Positions 26,545 to 36,748 of a stretch of DNA of 64,000 nucleotides are shown piece after piece. The stretch's first letter is position 1, and each line of letters begins with the position of its first letter. This stretch comes from Patescibacteria group bacterium (lineage in GTDB: Bacteria; Patescibacteriota; Minisyncoccia; UBA6257; 2-01-FULL-56-20), in assembly GCA_038063755.1 (NCBI GenBank), contig JBBTUL010000012.1, forward strand, positions 64,572 to 128,571, written 5' to 3'. Below the pieces are notes generated by a model that worked only from the letters and a program-made list of their open reading frames with translations, did no database searches and was not told where the DNA came from. The translations under genes and the position numbers were made by a program.

Positions 26545-28203
26545 TCAATCTTTCGCGGTTCGGGTCGTTTCAAGATGCCACCTGGAAACCGACAGGAACC
26601 GGTCAGAGATATTTTCAAGAAAAGAAGGGGAAATGCCGCGGACTCCTTTTCCGGTGACATAAAGGTAGTCCGGCGAGAAGAGGAAGATCGCAGGATTCTC
26701 GCTTCGGACAAGCTCATAAAGCTCCAAGGCCCTTTTTGTTTGCTCGTCGATGCTTGCCGTGTTTCTCATGGACTCGATGACCTGATCCGCCTTTTTGTTG
26801 TTGTAGAGCGAGATATTTAAACCGGGGTAGAATCGTTCTGAGGAGTGCCAGAACGCAAAAAGGTCGTTCAAGCGGAGGACGCTGTTCCCGAAGAGGATTC
26901 CCTGATAGTCTCGATTTTTGATTGCCGAATTCATAATTTCTTCCGTCGAGGCGATGACGATGTTTACGTTTGCACCAAGCGCGATCCACGAAGCGCGGAG
27001 CGAATCAGCGATCTCTTTAAGAAGCGGGACGTCTGGAACGAGAAGCGAGAACGAAAGCGGAAGCCTCGTTTTCTTGATGGTTTTTTCGCGAATGCTTGAT
27101 CCATCTGGAATCTTCCATCCATCATCTTGCAGTAATCGCCTTGCTTCTTCGATGTTCCCATTCATGCTTCCGGTCGGGATCTGGATCCCCGGAAATCCTG
27201 GAGGAATTGGACCAAACGAAGGCTTTCCTTCTCCGCGCAAAAAGTTTTTAACAATCATTTCTCGATCAATGGCAAGATCAAGCGCTTTTCGAACTTCGGC
27301 ATATTGCAGTGGAAGGTTTTGGCTTTGATTCCAAAAAACCGCATAGGAGGCTGGAGATGTGAAGGCGACGATCTCATGCGGACGAGCAATCATGTCGAGC
27401 GATGCGGCAGACGGACTTACGAATCCATCGATCTGACCAGCATCGAAGGCTCCGATCAAGTCTTTTTCTTCTCCGTAAAAAAATGCATCAAAAGCGCTCA
27501 AGAGAGGCTGTTCTCCAGCGTAACGATTGTTTTTCGCAAGATGAAAGGCCGTAATGAATCCATCGGGTCGTTTTTCATACGATAGGAATGCGTAGGGGCC
27601 GCTTCCGACGGGGCGAAGATTGTACTCGGAAAGTCTCCAGTTTGCTCCTGGAATATTTACGAAAACATGCTTTGGGACGACACGAAGGGCGTCAAGGGTT
27701 TCTTTAAAGAACTGGTACGGCCCGCTAAGACGGAAAATAACCTCCAGCTTGCTTCCTCGAGAAGCGACAATTCCCTGCCATGACGAGAAAAGCGGAGATC
27801 CAGTTTCTGTTTCTTGTATCTTTTCTACGGTGAAAATAACATCGTCGCTCGTAAGCTCTCTGCCGTCTGACCAGGCGAGATTCTCTTTAAGACGAACACG
27901 AACCGTTCGGTCGTTTTCGGAAGTTTCTATTTTCTCTGCAAGGGAAGGAAGGTTCGCGAAGAGGAGCCGAACGAGTCCCCGATCGGTATTGGTTCCCGCG
28001 ATAACCGGATTTATGTGCGTTGGTTGTCCAAGAAATCCTTCGGCGTATGAGCCTCCCTTTGCGGGGACGACCTCAGTTTGTTTTTGAATTGTAAAACCGA
28101 CAAGGAGAACAAGCGCTACTGCGGCTGCTATGGCAGACACGAAGAAGGCGCGACGTTCGGCCGGCGAAAAAGCGCTTAAGATTTGTTTCAGTCGCTTGAA
28201 CAC
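26545..28203 (-). CDS. ABC transporter substrate-binding protein, family 5 (OppA/DppA-like)
   Basis: 552 aa; N-terminal signal-anchor; SBP_bac_5-like sequence throughout. Confidence 0.85.
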   Translation of the reverse strand: MFKRLKQILSAFSPAERRAFFVSAIAAAVALVLLVGFTIQKQTEVVPAKGGSYAEGFLGQPTHINPVIAGTNTDRGLVRLLFANLPSLAEKIETSENDRTVRVRLKENLAWSDGRELTSDDVIFTVEKIQETETGSPLFSSWQGIVASRGSKLEVIFRLSGPYQFFKETLDALRVVPKHVFVNIPGANWRLSEYNLRPVGSGPYAFLSYEKRPDGFITAFHLAKNNRYAGEQPLLSAFDAFFYGEEKDLIGAFDAGQIDGFVSPSAASLDMIARPHEIVAFTSPASYAVFWNQSQNLPLQYAEVRKALDLAIDREMIVKNFLRGEGKPSFGPIPPGFPGIQIPTGSMNGNIEEARRLLQDDGWKIPDGSSIREKTIKKTRLPLSFSLLVPDVPLLKEIADSLRASWIALGANVNIVIASTEEIMNSAIKNRDYQGILFGNSVLRLNDLFAFWHSSERFYPGLNISLYNNKKADQVIESMRNTASIDEQTKRALELYELVRSENPAIFLFSPDYLYVTGKGVRGISPSFLENISDRFLSVSRWHLETTRTAKD

Positions 28204-28218
28204 GGGGTTGGTGCTGTT

Positions 28219-28437
28219 CTATCGTAAAATTTGGAGGATCGCGACGACCCCGAAAGCGAGGCCGAGCACGATTGTGCCCCAAAAGATTCCACGCTCAATT
28301 CCTCTGCGGGTCTGATACGCCCCGCCCCCATCGCCACCACCACCGAAGAGGCCCGACATACCAGCTGAACGCTCTTGGAGGAGGATGAGAATGACAAGCA
28401 GGACGGAAATAACGATTTGTAGTAGGGAAAGCTTCAT
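28219..28437 (-). CDS. secG: Preprotein translocase subunit SecG
   Basis: 72 aa; LLQ...SAGMSGLFGGGG...RRGIERGIFWGTIVLGLAF pattern typical of SecG (two TM segments flanking a Gly-rich loop). Confidence 0.75.
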   Translation of the reverse strand: MKLSLLQIVISVLLVILILLQERSAGMSGLFGGGGDGGGAYQTRRGIERGIFWGTIVLGLAFGVVAILQILR

Positions 28438-28796
28438 CGTGAGTTTCGGGTTGCGATGTGAAAGACAAGGTTGATAACTCCGAACACAATCGTTGCCTCA
28501 AAAAGCGCAAGCACCGTTTGAATGGTAAGTGCAACAAAGAAAAAGTCAAGCAATTTTAAAATAAGAGCGTTTACTACGATAAGGCCGAGTCCGAGAGAAA
28601 GAATAATAAACGGCCCCAAGATAAGCTTCAAAAGCGGTTTCAAAAAGAAGTTCAGGAGCGTAAGGGCGAGCGCGATTATCGCGATTTCGCGGAAGTTCTG
28701 GGTGATACTGAAACCGGCGACAAATTGACTTACGAGAATAAGTCCGACGACGTTTATGGCGACCGCAGCAAGGATCCTTGCGATAAATTTAATCAT
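28434..28796 (-). CDS. Four-TM membrane protein (DUF360 / phage-holin-4_2-like)
   Basis: 120 aa, four hydrophobic segments; 4-nt overlap with secG start. Confidence 0.5.
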   Translation of the reverse strand: MIKFIARILAAVAINVVGLILVSQFVAGFSITQNFREIAIIALALTLLNFFLKPLLKLILGPFIILSLGLGLIVVNALILKLLDFFFVALTIQTVLALFEATIVFGVINLVFHIATRNSR

Positions 28797-28869
28797 GTTT
28801 CTATTATAAAGGATTCCTGTAAAACGGTAAGCAGGTCGTTTCGCGCTTGATTTTCCGATGGGAAAACCG

Positions 28870-30408
28870 CTACTGTATGTTCTTTATAAGGCTTTCGCCG
28901 GTCATGTCTTCCGGCTTTGGAATGCTCATAATGTCGAGAATGGTGGGGGCGATATCGGAGAGAATTCCGGCGGTTTCCCGAGCAAGGTTGCCCTGGTTCG
29001 AAAATCTTTTTCCTCGAAAGCGATCGCCGATTAAATAGAGCGGAACGGGATTCGGGTCGTGCTGTGTCTCGGCTCGGCCGGTCATCGGATTTATAACTTC
29101 TTCAAGGTTTCCGTGATCGGACGTAATAAGGAGCGTGATGTCGGGATGGACTGCTGCTTGCAGGACTTTACCGATCTGAGCATCGATAACGCGCACCGCT
29201 TCTTGCGCGGCATCATAATTTCCGGTGTGCCCGATGGTGTCAGGGTTCGCATAGTTTACGAGTATAAAGTCGAATGCCTGGTCCTGTATTGCCTGCAGGA
29301 GTCGATCAGTGATTGCCGGCGCCATCATGGCCGGATGTTCGTCTGGGTGAGGGATCGACTCGGAGGGGATAAGCACTCGGTACTCATTTTTGTATGGAGT
29401 TTCGTCGTATCCGTTGAAAAAGTAGGTGATGTGAGCATATTTGTAGCTCTCCGCAAGGCGGAGCTGTGTCATGCCTCGCTCGGCAAGAATTTTTCCAAGC
29501 GGCAATTTTACGTTTTCCGACGCGAAGGCAACAGGTACCGAAAAGGTCTCTTTGTAGCGTGTCATGGTCGCGATAAACAGATTCGAGAAATTCTTTCTTG
29601 GGAACTTGTCGAATTCCTTTGCAATAAAGGACTCGGCAATTTCTCGAATACTGTCTTCTCTGAAGTCGAAGAAGAAGAGCGCGTCGTTTTCCTCGATATT
29701 CATCTCCGGCCCACCGAAACGAAGCGCCGGTAAAAATTCTTCGGTGAGCCCCCGGCTGTAGTTTTTTTCAAGAATCGCGGCGAAGTTTTCTTTTGCCATC
29801 ATGCCACCACCACTTACCAGGCAGTTGTAGGCTTCTTTTATAAGGTCCCAATTGCCCTCTCTGTCCATTGCGTAGTAGCGGCCGGTTACTGTCGCGATCA
29901 TTTCTTGGGGAAGCGTCGCGAGAAGCTCTTGTACGGTGTGGGGCGGCATGTCTTTGCCGTCTGCGAAAAGATGGAGCTTTACGCGTGATACTCCTTCTTC
30001 TTTTGCGAGCTTTATGAGTGCGTGGAGGTGTTCAAGAGATGCATGTACGTTTCCCTTTGTGAGGAGTCCGACAAAATTAATTGAAGAGTTGTTTTTTTTC
30101 GCGTGATCGCAAACCTTGCGGAGCGTTTCGTTTTTGAAAAAAGTTCCGTCCGCGATGCTCATTACGATGCGCGGATAGTATTGATAAATCACCTTTCCTG
30201 CTCCGATCGTAAGGTGTCCAACTTCGCTATTTCCGACCTCTCCCCAGGGGAGACCAACGGAAATTCCAGACGCCTGCAGGCTGGTTACAGGATAGTTTTC
30301 TTCGATCCACTTCAGGGCTTGCGGGTTTACAACGTGGATCGGGTTCGATTCGTCATCTCGGCCGATGCCCCACCCATCCAGAATCATAAGAACGACAGTC
30401 TTCTTCAT
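28870..30408 (-). CDS. gpmI: 2,3-bisphosphoglycerate-independent phosphoglycerate mutase
   Basis: 512 aa; N-terminus MKKTVVLMILDGWGIG and C-terminal SDHGN metal-binding motif. Confidence 0.92.
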   Translation of the reverse strand: MKKTVVLMILDGWGIGRDDESNPIHVVNPQALKWIEENYPVTSLQASGISVGLPWGEVGNSEVGHLTIGAGKVIYQYYPRIVMSIADGTFFKNETLRKVCDHAKKNNSSINFVGLLTKGNVHASLEHLHALIKLAKEEGVSRVKLHLFADGKDMPPHTVQELLATLPQEMIATVTGRYYAMDREGNWDLIKEAYNCLVSGGGMMAKENFAAILEKNYSRGLTEEFLPALRFGGPEMNIEENDALFFFDFREDSIREIAESFIAKEFDKFPRKNFSNLFIATMTRYKETFSVPVAFASENVKLPLGKILAERGMTQLRLAESYKYAHITYFFNGYDETPYKNEYRVLIPSESIPHPDEHPAMMAPAITDRLLQAIQDQAFDFILVNYANPDTIGHTGNYDAAQEAVRVIDAQIGKVLQAAVHPDITLLITSDHGNLEEVINPMTGRAETQHDPNPVPLYLIGDRFRGKRFSNQGNLARETAGILSDIAPTILDIMSIPKPEDMTGESLIKNIQ

Positions 30409-30511
30409 ATAGAGACATTATATCTTACATTCGTTCAGCACGACGGAACATTGACTTTTTTTGGATACGTGATATGTAGAAGGTAGCAGATTGACCGAGG
30501 AGGAGCTAGTG

Positions 30512-30958
30512 ATGAAAAACAGGACAACGCTCGTTGTTCTCTTTCTTCTCACCATTCTTACTGTTTTTCTGTTTACTTGGAGCGCCCCCGAGACTCGGTT
30601 TTTTGCTTTTTGGTTCGGGGTGGTTTCTGGGTTAGGGTGTTTTCTCGCGACGAAAAAGAGAGCCGTCGCTATTGTAGACAAGACGCTATTGGGGAGCCTG
30701 TTTGCTCGGCAGAGGCTCGAGGTGAGATTTGAGGACAGGCCCGCCCTCCAGATGATCATTACACTTCTTTGTGTTGCGCCTGTCCTCGTAGTTTGTGAGG
30801 CGGTGAGCGGGAGCGCCGTTTATGACTTCAATGGAGTGGCGTGCGCAATGGCTACAGTTTTTACGGGTTGGCTGGTGGAAGCTCTATCCGGGAGTGCCTA
30901 TTATTTCTTGTTTATGCATGGGGAGTTAGCCGCCCAGCCCTTTTCGCCTTCATCTTAA
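30512..30958 (+). CDS. Hypothetical membrane protein (148 aa; ORF track starts at TTG 30491)
   Basis: ATG at 30512 preceded by SD GAGGAGG with an 8-nt spacer; four hydrophobic segments. Confidence 0.5.
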   Translation: MKNRTTLVVLFLLTILTVFLFTWSAPETRFFAFWFGVVSGLGCFLATKKRAVAIVDKTLLGSLFARQRLEVRFEDRPALQMIITLLCVAPVLVVCEAVSGSAVYDFNGVACAMATVFTGWLVEALSGSAYYFLFMHGELAAQPFSPSS

Positions 30959-30982
30959 CCGCGCTTTTGCGCGGTTTTCTTG
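30958..30982 (+). terminator. Rho-independent terminator
   Basis: Stem accgcgc / gcgcggt with loop tttt, followed by TTTTCTT. Confidence 0.7.
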
Positions 30983-31105
30983 TGGGAAAACAGATTGACG
31001 GGGCGGCTCATTCGGGGTAGTATTCAAGAAATAAAAGTCACCACAGATCAATCGAATTTCCTAAAAAATTCATCAAATTCATGAAGAATTTAGGGACATA
31101 TTTTA

Positions 31106-32626
31106 ATGACAAACATTATTCTCGCACTCGCGGGCCTTCTTGTTGGCGCCGCGGCAGGCTATGCGCTGCGAAGGTTTATAGTTACGCAGAAGGTTGGATC
31201 GCTTGAGCGCGAACTTGAGGAAAAAACAAAAGCGGCAGAGACCATATCGAAAGAGATCGTTTTAGAGGCGAAAGAAAAAGCAGCCTCGCTTTTGGTTGAG
31301 GCAAAAAACGAGGAAAAGGAGCGCAAGGTGCAGCTTTCTGAGCACGAGAATCGCTTGCTTGAGCGCGAGTCGGTTCTGAACAAAAGACTCAATTCACTTT
31401 CTGAGGAAGAAGGGTTGCTAAAGAAAAAAGACGCGGCACTTTCTGATAAGGAAAAAGAGGTTGCCGAAATAAAAACGCGAGCCGAACACGAACTCGAGAA
31501 GGTAAGCGGTCTTTCTCCGGAGAAGGCAAAAGAAATTCTCATGGAGGACCTGAAGTCGAAATACAAAGATGATCTTATAAAGTCAGTTCAGAAAATCGAA
31601 CAGGACCGGCATGACGAGATAGAGAAGCGTTCGATGGAAATTATCACCGTTGCTCTTCAGCGTTATGCCAGATCGCACGTTTCCGAGCTTACAACAACCA
31701 TGTTTAATCTTTCCGACGAAGAGATGAAGGGAAAGATTATCGGAAGGGAGGGAAGAAATATTCGCGCCCTTGAAAGGGCGACTGGGGTTGAGTTTGTGAT
31801 CGACGAAGCTCCGGGGGCGGTCGTGATTTCTTCATTTGATCCATATCGTCGCGAGGTGGCTCGCTTGGCCCTTGAAAAACTCGTGAAAGACGGGCGCATC
31901 CAGCCAGCGAAAATCGAAGAGAAGGTTGAGGAGGCGAAGAACGAGCTTTTGAAGCGGACCATGGAAATTGGAGAAGCGGCGGCAGGAGAGGTGGGGGTCT
32001 ATGACCTTCCGAAAGAAATCATCCAGCTTTTAGGGAGGCTTCATTTTAGAACAAGCTTCGGGCAAAACGTTTTGAATCATTCGATCGAGATGACGTACAT
32101 CGCCGGCATGATGGCGGACGAACTTGGCCTCAATGTTGCGGTTACCAAGAAGGGAGCGCTTTTGCACGATATTGGAAAGGCAATCGACCAGGAGGTCGAG
32201 GGAACGCACGTCGAACTAGGCATGAAGCTTCTTAAGAAATACGGCATCCCCGATCAGGTAATCCAGGCGATGCAATCCCATCACGATGACTATCCGTACG
32301 CGATTCCTGAAGCATACGTGGTAACTGCTGCGGACGTTCTCTCTGCTGCACGACCTGGGGCGCGTCGCGGAACGCTTGAAAACTACATTAAGCGCTTGGG
32401 CGATCTTGAGAGAATCGCAGGAGAGTTTCCGGGGGTTAAGAATGCATACGCTATTTCCGCCGGCCGCGAGTTGCGCGTATTCGTCACTCCGGAAAAGATA
32501 GATGACTTCAAGGCCCTTGAACTTGCCAGAGAAATTGCGAACAAGATCCAGTCCGAGTTAAAATACCCGGGAGAGATCAAGGTGAATGTAATTCGCGAAA
32601 TGCGCGCCGTTGAGTACGCGCGTTAA
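31106..32626 (+). CDS. rny: Ribonuclease Y
   Basis: N-terminal TM segment, coiled-coil region, KH domain IIGREGRNIRALERATGV and HD domain with HDIGKA; 506 aa. Confidence 0.92.
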   Translation: MTNIILALAGLLVGAAAGYALRRFIVTQKVGSLERELEEKTKAAETISKEIVLEAKEKAASLLVEAKNEEKERKVQLSEHENRLLERESVLNKRLNSLSEEEGLLKKKDAALSDKEKEVAEIKTRAEHELEKVSGLSPEKAKEILMEDLKSKYKDDLIKSVQKIEQDRHDEIEKRSMEIITVALQRYARSHVSELTTTMFNLSDEEMKGKIIGREGRNIRALERATGVEFVIDEAPGAVVISSFDPYRREVARLALEKLVKDGRIQPAKIEEKVEEAKNELLKRTMEIGEAAAGEVGVYDLPKEIIQLLGRLHFRTSFGQNVLNHSIEMTYIAGMMADELGLNVAVTKKGALLHDIGKAIDQEVEGTHVELGMKLLKKYGIPDQVIQAMQSHHDDYPYAIPEAYVVTAADVLSAARPGARRGTLENYIKRLGDLERIAGEFPGVKNAYAISAGRELRVFVTPEKIDDFKALELAREIANKIQSELKYPGEIKVNVIREMRAVEYAR

Positions 32627-32632
32627 TCCAAC

Positions 32633-34111
32633 ATGTTTTTCAAAGCCTCAAAGTTTTTTCTTCACGCAACAGTTTTCAACGTGGCGATTGTGACGCTTTC
32701 TACGCTTTTCCCGTTTATCGTAGGGAAGTATGTCTGGTTTCGTACGTCGATCGACCTTGCGCTTATTGCGTTCCTCTTAGGACTAGTTTTTTCTTCTGAG
32801 GAAGGCAGTGCGTACCTTGAGCGGATGAAAAAACTCTTTAAAACGCCGATCGGAATTACTGTTACTGTTTTTGCCGCGGCGTTTGTGATCGCGGGATTTT
32901 TCGGCATCGACCCATCGTTTTCGTTTTGGTCGAATTTCGAGCGTGGCGAAGGAGGATTCCAAATGCTTCACCTCGCAACGTTTTTTGTGCTCCTTGCGAC
33001 GCTCTTTACGAAAGAGAAAGATTGGCAAAAATTTTTCTGGTACTTCATGATTGCGGCGGCCCTGGTTATTCTTTACGGCGTCGGGGCATCGCTTAAATTT
33101 GTTGACGCAGAAACAACGATGCGGATAAGCGATGGTGTTCCGACCAAGGAGCTGACTGGAAAGGGGGGGCCATACTATCAAATATTCCAAAACTTCATCG
33201 GGTCGGCATTTAGCGATCCTGGATTTCGTTTCGCCGGATCTATTGGAAATCCTGCGTACACCGCAACATACCTCCTTTTCGCATTTTTTTTCGCACTCTA
33301 TCTTTTGATCTGGTCAAAGAGACCTTTTAGGTCTCTGCGGTCGTGGGTAATCATTGGTTTCGTAGTCCTTTTCTTTTCATTCTTCATTCTTGCCGCAACG
33401 CGTGGCGCATTTTTGGGATTTGCAGCCGGCACGGGAGCGGGCATGGTCTATCTTATCGCGACAAACAAAAAACTTCGACCGTGGCTTATTGCGCTCGCAA
33501 TTCTCATGTGCGTTGTCTTGGGAACACTTATTCGCTTTAAGGACTCCTCGTTCGTGCAGGGCCTACCGTTCGGGCGTATTTTTGACATTTCGTTTACAAC
33601 GGAAACCTTTGAAGACAGAGCTATTATGTGGTCTATCGCCTGGGACGCTTTTAAGGAGCGGCCGGTCTTCGGTTATGGTCCAGAAAACTTCATCTTTGCA
33701 TTTGACCGGCACTTCAATCCAAAATATTTTGTTCCGGATGAGGGTTTTGGGGCCTGGTTTGACCGTGCGCATAGTTTTGTATTCGACTATCTTGCAGAGA
33801 CGGGACTTGTCGGATTTCTTTCTTATCTCGGAGTTTTTGTGGCGGCATTTTGGCACCTCCTGCGCCGGAAAAGCAATATCGCCGCAGGCGAAGAGAAACC
33901 AGAGACACACAAGCACCGCTCGACGAAACATCTCCTCGAGAAGGTCATTCTCATCGCCATTCCTGTCGGACATCTTGTTCAGGGACTCGTTCTCTTCGAG
34001 GTTTTGGTTATCTATATGAGCATCTTCATCTTCTTTGCGTTTCTTGCCTACAAGTTTGCGCTTCCCGCAGATGACCTTGAGATCGAGAAAAACGAAAAAA
34101 AATATGCATAA
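32633..34111 (+). CDS. O-antigen ligase/polymerase family membrane protein (Wzy_C-type)
   Basis: 492 aa multi-TM protein with a periplasmic loop carrying AATRGAFLGFAAG...RAHSFVFDYLAETG, typical of Wzy_C / WaaL family proteins. Confidence 0.65.
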   Translation: MFFKASKFFLHATVFNVAIVTLSTLFPFIVGKYVWFRTSIDLALIAFLLGLVFSSEEGSAYLERMKKLFKTPIGITVTVFAAAFVIAGFFGIDPSFSFWSNFERGEGGFQMLHLATFFVLLATLFTKEKDWQKFFWYFMIAAALVILYGVGASLKFVDAETTMRISDGVPTKELTGKGGPYYQIFQNFIGSAFSDPGFRFAGSIGNPAYTATYLLFAFFFALYLLIWSKRPFRSLRSWVIIGFVVLFFSFFILAATRGAFLGFAAGTGAGMVYLIATNKKLRPWLIALAILMCVVLGTLIRFKDSSFVQGLPFGRIFDISFTTETFEDRAIMWSIAWDAFKERPVFGYGPENFIFAFDRHFNPKYFVPDEGFGAWFDRAHSFVFDYLAETGLVGFLSYLGVFVAAFWHLLRRKSNIAAGEEKPETHKHRSTKHLLEKVILIAIPVGHLVQGLVLFEVLVIYMSIFIFFAFLAYKFALPADDLEIEKNEKKYA

Positions 34112-34691
34112 AGAGACTTCGATTTCTAAATACGTGATTGTTTCTCTTGGAATTGGGATCGCGGTTTTGGCGATCGTTTTTGGATCCATTCTTCCCATGG
34201 CCAAGGCGAAAAGATACATAAAGTCTGTGCGAAATCTTTCGCAGGTTCGGAGCATGGAGCAGTTTAAGATAAATTTCGATGCGGTATTGAATTTTTACTC
34301 TCCCATAGGAGACGAGGAGACAGGAAAGTTTCTCGGGAATGAAATTTTCGGGGCGGTAAACAACACAAAACAACCGGAAGAGGTTTCGCGCGCGCTTGTC
34401 GACTATATCGAACCGCGGCTCATGAAAGACAACGTAAGACATCTTCTTCTTGTGGGAAGGATGTATTACGCTATGTGGATGAATTTCAAAAAAGAAAGCG
34501 ATTTTGCGAAGTCAGAAGAGATGTTCCTTCGCGCCCATGAAATAGGCCCACGTCTCCCGAATCCGCTCTACGGACTCCTTGATCTCTACCAGCGCAAGGG
34601 CGAGAAAGAGAAGGCTCGCATTACTGCCGAGGAAATCCTCAAAGAATGGCCGACCGACAAAAGGATTCAGGGTGTTCTTATGCAGAAATAA
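34104..34691 (+). CDS. Hypothetical membrane-anchored protein (195 aa; ORF track extends to 34035)
   Basis: ATG 34104 overlaps the upstream gene by 8 nt; N-terminal TM segment followed by a soluble domain. Confidence 0.5.
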   Translation: MHKETSISKYVIVSLGIGIAVLAIVFGSILPMAKAKRYIKSVRNLSQVRSMEQFKINFDAVLNFYSPIGDEETGKFLGNEIFGAVNNTKQPEEVSRALVDYIEPRLMKDNVRHLLLVGRMYYAMWMNFKKESDFAKSEEMFLRAHEIGPRLPNPLYGLLDLYQRKGEKEKARITAEEILKEWPTDKRIQGVLMQK

Positions 34692-34700
34692 ATACGCGCC

Positions 34701-35756
34701 ATGCGCATCGTCTTTCTGGCAAGCGGTATTCGTCCGCCAGGCGGAATACAAAAGTTCTCTACGGGCTTTGTTCGCGCTCTTCAAGACTTAGGACATGAAG
34801 TTTTTGTTATAAGCCGCGATGCCCACGTGTCAAAACTCTCTTTTGTGGCAGCTTCGTTGTTTGCCATCTTGAGAAGGCGGCCAGATTTTGTTTTGTGTGG
34901 GCACGTTGCAGTCGCTCCGCTCGCAAGGATCGCGCTCCTTTTAAATATTCCTTTTGTGGTGTGCGTGTATGGCATTGAAGCGTGGAGCGGGCTTCGGTCG
35001 ATCGAAAAGAGCGCTCTTCGAAAAGCGCTAACCGTTATCGCCATCTCGGATTTTACGAAAGAGAAGGTATCGCTTTATTCTGACATTCCCGCGAAAAGTT
35101 TTTTCATGCTCCCTCCTTTCGTCGATGGCGCTGAATTTTACATTCGAAAACCAAGCGAAGGATTTATGAAGCGGTCGGGACTTTTGGGGAAAAAGGTGAT
35201 ATTTACTTTGGCGAGACTTTCCGCAAAGGAACAGTATAAGGGATACGACTTTGTGCTTGAGGTTCTGCCAAGACTGGTGCGGGAGATCCCGAATCTTGTA
35301 TATGTTCTTGCGGGTGAGGGTAGCGACATTCCGAGAATCCGTGAGCTTGCGCGAAATCTTAACGTTGCCGGTCATCTTGTCATGCCGGGGTTCATTCTTG
35401 CCGAAGATATCCTTGATTATTATGGAGCATGCGATGTTTTCGTGATGCCATCAACCGGAGAGGGTTTTGGAATAGTTTTTCTCGAGGCAATTGCCTCTGG
35501 GAAGCCGGCAATAGGAGGGAATATAGATGCGTCGAAAGAGGCGCTCCGAGGCGGGGAATTAGGAAAACTTATCAACCCTCACGATTCGGAAGCTTTATTT
35601 ACGGCTATAAGAGACGATTTTCGCGCGGAAGGGACTGCCCAAAAAGAGCGCGGGGAGCTGTTGCGACGCAAGGCTCTCGAGTATTATGGATATGAGGCGT
35701 TTCGAGAGAGGGTGGCGCATCTTGTTCGAGAAATCTCAGAATCTTTTCGCCCATGA
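34701..35756 (+). CDS. Glycosyltransferase family 4
   Basis: GT-B fold with the GT4 EGFGIVFLEAIASGKPAIGG motif; 351 aa. Confidence 0.85.
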   Translation: MRIVFLASGIRPPGGIQKFSTGFVRALQDLGHEVFVISRDAHVSKLSFVAASLFAILRRRPDFVLCGHVAVAPLARIALLLNIPFVVCVYGIEAWSGLRSIEKSALRKALTVIAISDFTKEKVSLYSDIPAKSFFMLPPFVDGAEFYIRKPSEGFMKRSGLLGKKVIFTLARLSAKEQYKGYDFVLEVLPRLVREIPNLVYVLAGEGSDIPRIRELARNLNVAGHLVMPGFILAEDILDYYGACDVFVMPSTGEGFGIVFLEAIASGKPAIGGNIDASKEALRGGELGKLINPHDSEALFTAIRDDFRAEGTAQKERGELLRRKALEYYGYEAFRERVAHLVREISESFRP

Positions 35757-36748
35757 ACGAAGAAAAGAAGAAAAAAGCACTCATCACTGGCATTACGGGA
35801 CAGGATGGATCATACCTTGCCGAGCTGCTGCTTTCGAAGGGCTACGAAGTGCACGGTCTTGTGCGGCGCGTTGCATATGAGAATGCGACAAATCGCTTTT
35901 CACGGATTGCGAATATTCTGTCCCAGGTCACTCTTCATCAAGGAGACGTTGCGGATTATGCGACTATATGGCGGCTCATCTCTCGAATAAAACCCGACGA
36001 GATCTATCACCTGGCCGCCCAGAGCCAGGTTCACGTTTCCTTTGAAGACGACTTCGGGACGATGAAGATCAATATCGACAGCACCCACTACATTCTTTCT
36101 GCGCTACGGGATCTTGCTCCAGAATGCCGAATGTATTTTGCGGCCACGAGCGAAATGTTTGGCGAGGTACGAGCAACTCCGCAAAACGAAACAACGCCGT
36201 TCAATCCGGTCTCTCCATATGCCATTGCGAAACTTGCTTCGTTTTACCTGGTGCGCCTCTATCGGAGCGCATACGGACTACATGCGTCTTCTGGTATTCT
36301 CTTTAACCACGAATCCCCGCGACGAGGACTTGAGTTCGTGACAAGAAAGATCACCGCGGCCGCCGCCAGAATCAAGCTTGGACTCGATAAGGAGCTGCGG
36401 TTGGGGAATCTTGAGGCAAAGAGGGACTGGGGCTATGCGGGAGATTATGTCGAAGCGATGTGGTTGATGTTGCAACAGCCGACGCCGGATGATTACGTTA
36501 TCGGCACCGGAGAGGAGCACAGCATCCGTGAATTTTTGGACGAAGCATTCGGTGTCGTGGGGCTTGATTGGAGACAATACGTCATTGAAGACGAGCTGTA
36601 TAAAAGGCCGAAAGATGTTATTACGCTTCGAGCGGATGCCTCAAAAGCGAAGCGCGAGCTTGGATGGCAGTCGAAGAAAAAGTTTAAGGAGCTCGTTGCG
36701 CTTATGATGGAGGCAGATATTCAAAAGAATAAAGAGGAAAAAAAATGA
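35753..36748 (+). CDS. gmd: GDP-mannose 4,6-dehydratase
   Basis: KKALITGITGQDGSYLAELLLSKGYEVHGLVRR plus conserved Gmd catalytic residues (SPYAIAK); ATGA overlap with the upstream gene. Confidence 0.92.
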   Translation: MNEEKKKKALITGITGQDGSYLAELLLSKGYEVHGLVRRVAYENATNRFSRIANILSQVTLHQGDVADYATIWRLISRIKPDEIYHLAAQSQVHVSFEDDFGTMKINIDSTHYILSALRDLAPECRMYFAATSEMFGEVRATPQNETTPFNPVSPYAIAKLASFYLVRLYRSAYGLHASSGILFNHESPRRGLEFVTRKITAAAARIKLGLDKELRLGNLEAKRDWGYAGDYVEAMWLMLQQPTPDDYVIGTGEEHSIREFLDEAFGVVGLDWRQYVIEDELYKRPKDVITLRADASKAKRELGWQSKKKFKELVALMMEADIQKNKEEKK